NCBI GenBank assembly: GCA_965645245.1
Contig: OZ287070.1
Span: forward strand, 1,860,001 to 1,924,000
Length of the DNA stretch: 64,000 nucleotides
Source of the DNA: Massalongia carnosa
Taxonomy: Eukaryota
Direction: 5' to 3'
Made by a program: the position numbers and the translations under genes. The notes under the pieces were generated by a model. The model was not told the DNA's origin and searched no databases. It saw only the letters and a program-made list of their open reading frames with translations. How positions within the stretch are numbered: the stretch's first letter is position 1; every line of letters begins with the position of its first letter. Shown here one piece after another: positions 1 to 11,472 of this stretch.

Positions 1-234
1 CAGGGAACCAAAATTGCAAAGCTCGGTATGGTTGTGGCTGGAATCGCCGGCATTGCTTCGCCCTTAGGTTTGTTGACTAGCTTTTATGGGATGAATGTGA
101 AAGAGTTCACCGCAGGAGCTTCAGTCACTCTTTTCGAAGTCTGGCAAATTGGAGTACCTATATTTTTAGCCACAATAGTTGGCTTCGCTATGATCGGGGT
201 ATGGATGATGACTGACGCTAGCCAACAAAGATAA
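1..234 (+). CDS. 3' end of a CorA-like Mg2+ transporter-domain protein (partial, runs off window start)
   Basis: Two hydrophobic segments flanking SFYGMN, the CorA GMN signature, ending at TAA 232-234. Confidence 0.65.
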   Translation, partial: QGTKIAKLGMVVAGIAGIASPLGLLTSFYGMNVKEFTAGASVTLFEVWQIGVPIFLATIVGFAMIGVWMMTDASQQR

Positions 235-504
235 CGAATTCGTAATGGGGAATTCGCGTCTTTTGTGAATAGTGGCGAGGAAAGTTTTGAGATGAGAGAT
301 TTTATGGTCTATGGGTTTCGATATTGGTGTTATGAAGTGTAATATATGTCCATAGCTGCCGATGTAAGCATGCCAAAGACCTTGAGGTCACCCAATACAA
401 AATTCAAAAAAGCCCCAATATATTTGCAAGTAACCAATCATTTCCACAGCATCCGGTCTATACTGCACGCGTATTAATCTACCTATAGCCCAAAAGACTG
501 CAAA

Positions 505-2195
505 TTAGGAAATGCGTATCTGCATTCGAAGAAGGATGAGCACTCCACTTGCCATACTCATCCCACCAGCATAGGCAACCAGGTACTACTCATTTGTCAT
601 CTCTATAAGCCCAAAACAGTGCTTTCAAATTTGAGCTTACCTTGTATTTTCCAATAGCATAAGCATCTAGCATAATTGGTGGCGAGTGTCGAAGTATAGA
701 AGTTCCAACAGGGCCCACAGAGAGTATTGCAATACCGCGGAAGAAACTGAAGAGGCTATGTGTTGCAGTGAAGACCTCGCCGTTTTTACCAGAAACCTCC
801 GAGTAGAAAGAAAACAAACAATTGCTAAAACCTGGCAGCGATTAGAAGGCGCACTGTGTAAACGCGTTATATGTCTTACCTCCACTCGCGAGACCAGAGC
901 AAATCGCATACATAAAAAGCCCAAACTTCGTTTTGGCGAAACCCCAGACCAAGAAAGTGGATAATGAAGTTGAGACCGCACAGCCAGCAATCAAGCCCTG
1001 ATAGAAAACGCTATCACTAAGCCACCCAAGTCCGTACGTTCCGATCATGTTGCAGAGGACATGGAGTGATAAGGCGAGTGCTTGATTAGAGGTATTGATT
1101 TTAAGATCAGTACCAAAGGTTGTGATAAACATGTACGGTACATTTACCACAAGGTGGAATAAGAGAGAAACCACGAGGAAGAACATAACGTTTTGGGTCT
1201 GTAACGCTGCTATCTTGGACATCGGTGGTTTGGCCGGCTTGATGATAACCTCTGCGGCCGGGTAACGACCCCGAAGAAGCAGAATAGAGGGGACAAGGAG
1301 CGCAAGCATTGGTGCTACAAGAAATCGTAAAGTTTTCTCAAATCCATGTGTGTCTAGAAGCCACTGGCAAATTAGTGGAAATACCAATGCCCCTAATCTG
1401 AATCCAAGCCAAATGATTCCCATAGCCTCTCCTTGCCTTTTTTCGAACCACTCGGAGAATATTGACACATGAACAAAATTCAGCATGATGCCGCCGACTC
1501 CAAAAAGGACACCTTGGGTTAGCACCACCTGCCATGCAGTGTCCGCACAACTCGCCAAAATCAGTGACAAAGTCATCGTGAGTATGCCGACTACCACGAG
1601 CATCTGACGGTATTTGGCCGATTTAGGCAAGAGTTGGAAGAGGAATCCTTCCTCTATGTCTTGAATTCCTGGTGCTAGCAGTGGTAGAATTAAGGAATTA
1701 GGATACCTTGGGTTGTCTCCGGACGATAGGAAAGTTTGAAATATTGGAAAAGCGTGCGGAAATCCTATTCAAGCCCGCCAAGTCAGGAGGGTGTCTATCG
1801 AACTCTAAAGATTGGAACTCACCCCATATGACTATGTACATCGCAAAAGCACTTGCGACATAGCTCCAAGCACCAAATCCCTCGTCTACAGGCTGCAGCG
1901 TAACCACGTTTGCAGTTGCGTCGAATTTGCCAAGCTCCAGCGAATTGACAGGCCCATCATAGATAGAATGAGATGGAGAAGTGTCACTCGATGGCTTTTT
2001 GGGATTCAGGCGTACTTGGGTAGTCGTTGGGTATCCACCCTTCGAAGAGCGCCGTGGGTGATTTTCCGCAGTTTGTGCTGGGGAATTTGGTCGAGGGGCA
2101 GCTAAGTGCGTCTCCGCGTCCCCAAGAGCTGTATTCAGGACTTGTTGGGCAGGCGCTTCAGGCTTTGCTAGATCAATCTGAAGCGCACGTTCCAT
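505..2195 (-). CDS. MFS transporter, monocarboxylate porter (Mch-like) family; multi-exon
   Basis: Family-type motifs PVDEGFGAWSYV, QGVLFGVGG, EWFEKRQGEAMGI, GWLSD. Exons join via GT-AG introns; last exon YLVAYAGG...RIS* stops at 505-507. First in-frame ATG (MERAL) is at 2195; the true start is uncertain. Confidence 0.85.
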
Positions 2196-2696
2196 ACCGA
2201 AACTTTGTGCAATCTTGCTCAAGAATTTTCGTTTAGAGTTTCGTCTTGGGACTTCCAAATGGGATTGTTCTCAATTCCGACAACTCTGGAAGTTGCATTG
2301 TGACAGCCTTGCCTCCTCTCTGGGCTCGTCCTGATACGAGTACACGGATGCCTCTATAGGCTTACCTTGTTAAGTCCAAGGCGATAATCTCGGACGCGCG
2401 GAAAATGCTTATTGGCTCTAACCATAGTTTTTCCGATAAGGAGCATGACTTCGGACTACTGCATAATCACTAAAAACCAATCAGTTCCGAGTATTTTAGT
2501 GTCAGTGAGTTGATGTTTGACAACTGGCGGCTGTGTACAAGGTACAGAGTACTTAGGCACGTTTGGTAGGCTGCGGCACAAGCAGGACGATGGAGCTTCT
2601 TGACGACTCTTTACGTTACAGTCATCAAATAGGCACAGCATGTTGTAAAAAGGAATCGTGGATATTTCATTTTGTTAAATATATTTTTAGAGCACA

Positions 2697-4716
2697 ATGT
2701 CCCTTCTACGAAATTCGCGGGCGAGGCTCCTTCCTCCTAACCAATATGCTGTACCAGAGCCTTTCCGTCTCAAGCCTTTCAAGTCGTTAAGCCTCTATGA
2801 AGTTACCATCGCAGGTCTCCAGACACTGCTCTCTGACGGTCGCTTGACCTCATTTGAGTATGTGGAATTTTGCATTGAACGAATACACATGGTTTGGAAC
2901 CCTTTTGGTAGATATAACGAGGCCTAGCATCATATATGCCAGCCAGATATCTGACAGTTAAAAATATTAGACCAATCCTTATCTCCAGGCTATTATCGAG
3001 ATCAACCCAGAGGCACTTAAAATTGCAGCAAGTTTAGATGATGAGCGCAGACAGGGCAACGTTCGAAGTATTCTTCATGGCGTCCCAGTCCTAGTCAAAG
3101 ATGTTGGTAATCTGTAGACTTTGCGAGGCATGGCTAATCTCGGTAGAATATGGCGACAAAAGATAAGATGCAGACAACAGCGGGCTCATGGGCACTACTT
3201 GGGAGCATTGTGCCAAGGGATGCACATGTTGTGGCGCAACTGCGGAAAGCTGGTGCTATTGTCATTGGCCATGCTAATATGAGTGAATGGGCCTCGGTCA
3301 GATCAAAAAAGTACTCGACAGGGTACTCTCCCCGTGGGGGGCAGGTCAGGAACCCTTTCAATCTTTCCTGCAGCCCATGTAAGTTGCGCTTTAGCCGTTT
3401 CCTTATGCCAAAATTTGATATTTTTAAATGAAAGTTGGATCGAGCTCTGGCTCCGCGGTTGCTGTTTCTGCAAACATAGTACCTCTATCGTTTGGTACAG
3501 AAACAGATACGTCCATCATCGGCCCTGCAGCAATCAATGGTATTGTAGGTATCAAACCGACCGTGGGCCTCACGTCTAGGAGCGGAGTAATCCCTATCAG
3601 CGAAAATCTTGATACAGTGGGACCAATGGGCCGGACTGTGGAAGATGCGGTTCATGGACTTAACACAATAGTGGACGTCGATCCTCGAGACGGTCACACA
3701 GTTTCTTCATCTCGAGTTCAGGAAGGTGATTACACCAAATTCCTAAGTTGTAAAAAAGTCCTCCGAGGTGCCAAGTTTGGTTTACCGTGGAAACGCTGTT
3801 GGGAGTATGTATCGCCAAGTCATGAAGATTTAGCGTTCTTGGTATTTAATAAGATCATTGAAGAAGGAGGAGAAATCGTGCGCACTGAATATCCCTGCGC
3901 AGAAGAGCGAATTCCAATCGATGGCAGCTGGGACTGGTAAGATCCCTTTGTTGATGATATCTCAATATTGGCTTAATCGCGCAGGGAGTACGCTTCAAAC
4001 TCAGTATCAGAGTTCGCAGTTGTGAAGGTGGATGCATACAATGGCATTAACTCATACTTATCCGAACTTTCTGGTACTAGTATCAAAACCGTTGAAGATA
4101 TCGTAACATACAACGTTGAAAATCGCGGCTCAGAAGGTGCTGCTCCAGGCGATCATCCAGCATTTCCCTCCGGACAGGTACGCAAGGGTTCATCCTCAAG
4201 TCATTTCTTTACTGAAGATAGTAGGATAACTTCCTTGAGATTGTTGAATCCCAGGGGAAAATGGATAAAGCCTATCACAAAGCTCGGAGCTATATTCAAG
4301 ATAAGTCACGTAGAGAAGGCATTGATGCCGCTTTAAAGTACACCGCTGAAGATGGTCAAGTCATTCAGCTGGACGCACTGCTACTATGCGATCGCAAGGG
4401 TGCAGGGCAACAAATGGCCGCTCAAGCTGGTACGATACAACCTTCTAAATCCAAAACACCCTGACTTGTGTTTCGAAGATGCACTGAATTTATTGGCGCA
4501 GGTTATCCAATGATCTGCATACCCATCGGTCTGGATAGCTCCGGGATGCCCGTTAGCCTTTCATTGCAACACACCGCCTGGAAAGAAGCGGAGCTGATCA
4601 AATGGGCCAGCGCGATTGAGGACCTCGTCAACGAACATCTGGGCGGGCGCCCAACTCCCAAATACGAATCTTATATGTCCAAAAACATCCCCATTCATCA
4701 CATGCCCATGAATTGA
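2697..4716 (+). CDS. Amidase signature family enzyme; 7 exons
   Basis: Spliced product has LHGVPVLVKD (catalytic Lys), GHANMSEWA, GSSSGSAVAVSAN and GTETDTSI..PA..NGIVGIKPTVGLTSR. Six GT-AG introns restore a single frame. Confidence 0.92.
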
Positions 4717-5612
4717 AGACGATTATCCGGTATTAAGAGTATTATTTTGATATTTTGTGAATATGTGTCAGCTTTGGATGAAGACTGCTTGCTTAGCCAA
4801 TGATAAGAGTTTCACCGGGACCTTCATTCACGCTATCTTCAACATCATGCTGCTCGCTATTTTCGTATTCCCTCTTCACCTTTGAGCTCCTTTCATGTCA
4901 TTCATCATTCCTTAGAAAACGCTAATTTCTCTCGCTGGTACATAGACACCCTTCACTAGGGACAATGTTTTTCGCATGCAAATTGAGAGGGTCTGTATGC
5001 TAGCGAGAGGGATAGCCTAGCCGCAAACAGATTCCCATATGTATATAGCTAAGCCTTATACCTAGCGCCACTGTGCTTAGCCGCCCCAGCAGCCTAAGCC
5101 TTATGTGCACAATGGCCGTCGCTCCTCTCATCATCAGATAGATGTCAAGGTTTTCGTAAAGGTTAGCGCAGATATACAGAGTACTATGGTCAAAAAGTGA
5201 CGTACTCGCAGAAGCGATCTTTAGGAATAAAGTTTTGTATTGACTTGAACTAACGTTAACCTGAACTGGTTAAAGGCTGTTGCACATGCTAAACCTTAAT
5301 ATCATCTATGGAAAAGGGACGCAATCAATATCAGCCTAACACTTGGGTTTGATATTCATTTTCACACAGCTGGTAACTCCCATGTGCAAAAACACACGCT
5401 AAATGAAATCCTCAACCTTCATGTTAAAAAAAAAAAGGAAAAAAAACGCCGATTCCCAAAAAACCTAAACCAAATCCCAACAGAACCGTCCATAAAATCC
5501 CTGTCGATTGTCATATATCCATCACACATGGCAAGCCATCAAAAAGTGAATCGTGGTCACGTTGTAAATTATGGTTGAAGGGAAGATCGCCGCCGCTCCA
5601 CGACGGGGGCCA

Positions 5613-6053
5613 TCATCTCGTGCATGGAATGACCTTCCTAACGACCTTGTCAACGGTGGCCTTCACGTGCCCGCGGCATCGTTTCAAGGCACCCCGGTGA
5701 GCTGCCCTTCTGGCCGTCCGCTTCGCTAGTTCTCTTGCATCGGCCTCGCGTTGAAGCTGCACTTCCAAGAGGAACGCCTCGTATGCGTCCACGCCGTACG
5801 TCTGCAGGACTGACTCCGCCTGCTCTGCGTGGTTAGCTCGGCGATGAACTAAAAGGAGAAGGAGCAGGAGGTGGAGAGAGAGTGAGTAAAAGGCTTGGCT
5901 TACCAAACTGGAGCTGTTGGAGAAGTGGAGGAAATCTGCCTTGTCTTCGTCAGCCGACGTGCGTGCGAAGTTTGCAGCGACGGAGCCGATGGACTCGAGG
6001 GTCGCCTTCTCCGGTATGGTGGTACACATGTATATTCGGGTATAACAATACAT
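5613..6053 (-). CDS. Small hypothetical protein; probable 84-nt intron 5903-5820
   Basis: 146-aa ORF with GTAAGC donor (5903), GCTAAC branch and CAG acceptor (5820). Splicing removes the low-complexity poly-Leu stretch in frame. No family recognised. Confidence 0.5.
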   Translation of the reverse strand: MYCYTRIYMCTTIPEKATLESIGSVAANFARTSADEDKADFLHFSNSSSLVSQAFYSLSLHLLLLLLLVHRRANHAEQAESVLQTYGVDAYEAFLLEVQLQREADARELAKRTARRAAHRGALKRCRGHVKATVDKVVRKVIPCTR

Positions 6054-7207
6054 GTCTGGTGTGGGGGTGAGGTGGTGAAGTGGGACGGGATGCTAGCACT
6101 GGGGGTCAGCAATGCTGTGATGGTAGTATAGGGGTAAAGCTTGATGATGTGAGCCTTACTACGTCGTCAGTAACGTACAGGAGTAGTTAAATGATATTGT
6201 TAGTGTTAAGTAGGCAGTATAAACTCGGTATAAAGGGTAGATGCTGAAAACTAGTATGAATTGTTATAAGCTGAAAGACTGATAATCGAAAAGCGACTAC
6301 ATCCTCTGAAAGGGACCATAACTTCTTATATAGTAGATAGTATAGAGAAGAACCCCAGGAATAAAAATGGAAGTCCCCATGGCATTCAATGCACCTGCCA
6401 AAAGCATGTGAGAGTCTACATATCGCCACTTCCTAACCAGAAAGATAAAGATAAAACTACGGATGAAATTGACATGTGCATGAATGAAATGGCCTTTTTG
6501 CCTATAGTGGTTTGGAATCTAGTGTTAGCCAATATTTCCAATGTATCTTTAATAAAATATGTGAAAGCCCAAGCACTGCAGCACCAAAGTATGCCCGATG
6601 ATACTCTCATCGATGCTGAAAGAAATAGCTTTGTATACTTTTTCATATGTTTCTCACGTTGAAGCCCGCCAATATGTAAGCAGCTTCCGTAGTGGACTTT
6701 TACAAAAATTTGTCACAGCTTTAGATCCCGAAGCACCTGAGAGACTTCCGCATAACACGAGAATTTCGATAAGTCGCATATGGAGATTTTTTCCCTATTC
6801 GCATTAGCGTAAGATAGACGTAAACAGCCCATCATTGTGGGAGATACCAGGGGAATATCGTTTGCTAAGTTCCAATTCAACATGCTGAACCTTTACAGGA
6901 AGAAATCACAAACGGAAAACAATGTACACTGTAGAGGACGAATAAGATAAAAATTCTGCTGCTGAGTGGAAGCATAAGCTAAATAAAACAGAAATTATTT
7001 CGCTTGAGCGTAGAGGGCGAGGACTACCGGTAAGAGAAAATATTAGAGACCTTGAGAGCAGGAAACCATCAAGCAGCTGGAACAGGGTATTCGAACTTAT
7101 GAAGAGCCATCGTTTCTATGCTATATCATTAGTATTCACTCACCATCTGCATGTATGAAACCACAAAAAAAAACCGAAGAACATCCCAGACGTATGTAAT
7201 TGAAGGT

Positions 7208-8419
7208 TTACGCGATTTTACGGCCAACATTTCCAACCCCTCTACCTACTACACTCACTATCACATCCCCATCTTGGCCCATATCTGACTCGCGAATGCC
7301 CCAACCACTTGTACCAAAGTTTTTTAGATCTCTTCCGAGGCCAACGATCTGTTCAGCGCCGATAACATCTCTACCCACTTGCAGCCGCCCTACATCTTCT
7401 GAGCCCATCGCCATCAGCGTAAACATCGTGGAGGCAGCTGCTAGAGCTACACTTCCACCTTGCGAAATAGTCTCCAGAAGCTGATAGGCACATTGACGTC
7501 CAATATCTTCAGGAGGGGTCCCTCCAGATGGGAGTGACGCAACATCCGCTGAGTAGAGCGCTCCGGTGGATGATTCAGCGACAAGGGAAAGACCAAAGCC
7601 AACCCCAATCTTCTTCTTTGCACTTCGATTTGCTCTATCTCTTGATGGTATATACGGCACCGACGATACATCTGAGAAAATGTAGGTGTCTCCAGTCATT
7701 GGATTTATTATCCCTCGGGCTGCCTCTATCATCCGAGCATTGTTTGAAGCCGAGACACCAGTGCAATAAGCCACACCCCTCACCCTTTTAACTCGCCCCG
7801 GATTGAGAATATGTACTGTTTTTGGGAGTCGAACCTGATGGCCAAATACAAGTTGGATCTCCCCGGCACCACCCATGCCTCCCCCCCCAAGGTTGGATCT
7901 TCGCAAAATCCGTACTTCAATGTTATTTGTGATCCCGAAATGTGCATAGAGCGGCAGTATGGCTGTTCGAACGCTATCGACAGACATATCTCCAGCCGGC
8001 GTTGCAGAAGTGACAACGCCAGGCCCTGAAAACAGAACATTCATTGGTGCTTTTGAAAAAGGCGCTAATAGACACAATGGAATGAGAAAATAGCTGATAC
8101 CTCTGCTACATGCGGCTGGCAGTTCATGTCTTATAACTCCTCCACTTGCACCCGTACCAGGAGCGCTCCCAGTAATTAGCCCAGGGCGATAGACAAGAGT
8201 AGTACCAGTATACGATATCTCAATATTCGAACCATTGGTGACAGCTTCAAGCAAGCGTAGAAAGGATATTTCATGAGGCGCGAGGCCCGGGTTAGTAGGA
8301 GAGGAGGGTCTTATTTTGGAAACATGAATAGCACGACCTGTCAAAGTAGACAGTATAAGACGATGGGCGAGTGCTTTCTGAGTTGTGAAGCGCAGTGGTG
8401 GTTGGGAAGAATTTGACAT
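7208..8419 (-). CDS. RCL1: RNA 3'-terminal phosphate cyclase-like protein (18S rRNA processing)
   Basis: Intronless 403-aa ORF with RLILSTLTGR..IR, GLAPHEISFLRLLE, EISYTGT, PEDIG, and C-terminal GVGNVGRKIA. Confidence 0.95.
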   Translation of the reverse strand: MSNSSQPPLRFTTQKALAHRLILSTLTGRAIHVSKIRPSSPTNPGLAPHEISFLRLLEAVTNGSNIEISYTGTTLVYRPGLITGSAPGTGASGGVIRHELPAACSRGISYFLIPLCLLAPFSKAPMNVLFSGPGVVTSATPAGDMSVDSVRTAILPLYAHFGITNNIEVRILRRSNLGGGGMGGAGEIQLVFGHQVRLPKTVHILNPGRVKRVRGVAYCTGVSASNNARMIEAARGIINPMTGDTYIFSDVSSVPYIPSRDRANRSAKKKIGVGFGLSLVAESSTGALYSADVASLPSGGTPPEDIGRQCAYQLLETISQGGSVALAAASTMFTLMAMGSEDVGRLQVGRDVIGAEQIVGLGRDLKNFGTSGWGIRESDMGQDGDVIVSVVGRGVGNVGRKIA

Positions 8420-8631
8420 TATAATCTATGGCTTGTAACATAGAAAATAACATGCTGTCACCATACTGTGAAAGGCATTCGCATTCATGACTAACGCACG
8501 TGATAGATTACATGTTGCATATTGTAATAATACCAGAATACCATCGTTTTTCAATTACTGATATATTTCAACCTATTATCAAGATCAGTTTCAATTTCTG
8601 GGATTGTTTGATTAGAATAAATTGCTCAGCC

Positions 8632-9276
8632 ATGCTTTCAAGTCCACTGAACTTGCCCAAGTGGTGACTTCTCCAATCCAATGTATTGCTAGCTTTCTAC
8701 TTACATTAATAACCACCTCAGGCTTGAAGAGAACTCCCATTTGCTAAAACCACCAATCAATAACTACTGTGTCTATAACAAGGATGTGACGGTCATGGTA
8801 AGATATTATGCTACAAGATTGAGGAACGGCATTAAATGACTTACATCCGGTAGATTGTTGGCGGCCCCAATGCACGAACGGACTACCACGTCAATGAGAC
8901 TGCTGAATGGTATTTCCAGTATCGGGGGTCAATGCTACTGAAAGTTGTTGAGGAAGACGAATCTTTTCGTGATATTCCAATTCGAGAGGGCGAGATGTTT
9001 CTCCTTCCGCCAAATACCCCCCATAACCCGATTCGTTTTTTAGATACTGTTGGCATAGTTTTGGAACAACCTCGGCCTGCAGGAAGTAAAGACCGCTTGC
9101 GTTGGTATTGTCACAGCTGTGGTAAAATGGTGTATGAAACACAGTTTCATTGCACTGACCTAGGCACGCAAATCAAAGATGCAGTCAACAATTTCAAAGC
9201 CGATGATGGAAAACGGAAATGTCAGAACTGCGGTGAACTCGCCGACACGATACCTAGAAATGTCGTGCAGCCATGA
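8632..9276 (+). CDS. BNA1: 3-hydroxyanthranilate 3,4-dioxygenase; 3 exons
   Basis: MLSSPLNLPKW|LEENSHLLKPPINNYCVY..|IVGGPNARTDYHVNETAEWYFQ, PHNPIRF, and two rubredoxin-like CxxC motifs (CHSC, CQNC). Confidence 0.95.
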
Positions 9277-11448
9277 TTACAATTTGACCTCGAAAGGCAG
9301 TTGGCTACCAGGCATCCTTGAAACAAAGCTTTTGGGCTTTATATCAATCGCCATCAAGTAATTAATCACAAGCACATCATCTGCTTGCTGCTGACCTTTG
9401 TGATTCTGCTATTTGGAAACTATATTTATCATCACTCTGCTATAGAGAACCCATGTTGGTTCTCGCGTTTTCCGCTCCCATTTATTCACGAGCATAACAT
9501 GCTTTCTGATGGTATCTTACCCCCTCTCGCCTGCCCAAAACTCGCACCGAGGCATGGCGGCGCATTTCTTTTTTTTATTCTCATCAGCTGCAGCATTCTT
9601 TGCATCTGTTTGTAAGTAATTAGGTAAAAATCCAATCCAGCTGTGATAAAATTAAGTACTTTGGCTACTGTCTAACTATACCTCAGAATGTATGCAGAGT
9701 GTTTTTTATTATTCCTGGATGTTAGCTTGTTACGTTGTACGCATTGTGCATCCGTTTGTCTCGGAGTATAATATGTAAGTATGTTGTGGATCTGTTTGGT
9801 TACAGCAGAAAGTTGTTTCTTTCAGGGTATGGAAATGAGAACTGGCCTACCCTACCAACAACGGTCAAGGACTCGACCTTTAGGCTAGGCCGCCTGCTCT
9901 AGTGGGAGGTCTGCTTGCTTCATGTATGGCTTAGCGATCGGTCACGCTTCACTTCGAAGAGATGGCTATAAGAGCTTCCAGCTCCTGCTTTCTTGAAATG
10001 TGAATCTCATCAGCGCCCATCGATCTAAGTGCACATTAGCATTTGCTTTACCATATTTTTCCTTTCCTCATTTGTTACAACACAACCCACGACTATTACT
10101 AGAAGTAATTTCCCTCCAGATTACTATGTAACCCAAAAAATCAGATTTACCTTTGATTATTGCCAAATCTGGTAATGCTCTTCGTACCGCGAAGGCTGTC
10201 AGAAAGATGACGGCGCGTGTGCTGACCCCAGCAACTATTTAACCGGAGGCTCCAACCAACAGGCCCCAGCAGGAAACTTTAACATAGACCCAAATACACC
10301 ATCGTTGAATGCAGGCAGAACCGGCCAGGTTGAGTCTAACTGTAACTCCAAGGACGCAGTACGCTCTCGCCACCCTCCAGCTGTATCTGCTCTGTTAACG
10401 CTTAATCTAGTTATGTGATTCCGGTCTCCAATGTGCTGAGTGTAGGGGGGCTATTCACTTGAATCTTCTACTGCTCCGAGCCAAATCGCATCAGCTCGAT
10501 TTGGTTCGCACCGAGGAGCGAGTGCCATTGTGGAAGGGTTACGTGACGTAACGAACCTAGGAATACAGTTTCAAACCGCGGACTGGTGTGCAACCAGGGA
10601 GTGGGTACCAAGTTGGAAGAGTTATGTGGGATAGCCAACCTTTAGACACAATTTCAACAATGCTTCGACTAGCTTATTTTTTACCTACAGAATTTGGCGG
10701 CTAATCACTAAAGAACGAAAGGGATGGATTAAGGATCTCCAAGGCTAGCACGGATCAGGTATTGTTCTACATTACCTGAAGATAACATCAGTCTGTTTGG
10801 TTTCACGCAATGAAAACTTCACGATAGGAACGATTTGGATGAGTCAATTTGGGAAGTAAAATAACTGCAGATTGCTCTTTGATCGAAAGTTCTTCAAGAT
10901 GATTAAATGTCTCGTTATTTTCTCCGTCTCGATTCACCAGACTTGGCGAAAATAAGCAAAAGCCCCTCTCTGTACTTTAGCTTGCCCGGCAAACGACACA
11001 TTCTCTGGTAGTGCTTTGACGGACGCTATGAGATAGTACGCCTATGTTGCCCTGAACCACCGCCAGCCTTTTTTTCTCTTGGTTTTCCACCAATCCTTAA
11101 TCTGAAAATAGGTGTGAAGTTTCGGAATCTTTGGTGCTTCTTTTCCGAGGCATGATAGCTGTGGGAAATTAGGTCGGAGATCTTCTCATCTGGGTGAGAG
11201 GAAAGAAGATCTTGACATGAAGCAATATGCTTACACTAAGGGTGCAAGGGGCTACAGGACAACATGAAAGTCATCTCATAGTTGTTAATAAGACACCAAT
11301 AGCCAGGTAGGCTTATGTACACTCAACTGCTTGTAATAAGGACGTTCCTTTGTGTCTGTATGAAATTTCAAAAAGAAGATACTTAGGCGTGGAAAGCAGA
11401 TGACAGCCGCATAGGGAATTTTAATCCACAGATTGCTGGATAAGTAAT

Positions 11449-11472
11449 TACTCCGTACTCCGTACTCGGTAC
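11449..11472. repeat. Short (TACTCCG)n tandem repeat
   Basis: TACTCCG TACTCCG TACTCGG TAC read directly. Confidence 0.7.

Noticed and set aside
11155..11180. GTGGGAAATTAGGT resembling the RNase P RNA CR-I motif
   Set aside because: Mismatch in the core and no complementary CR-V/P4 partner found downstream.
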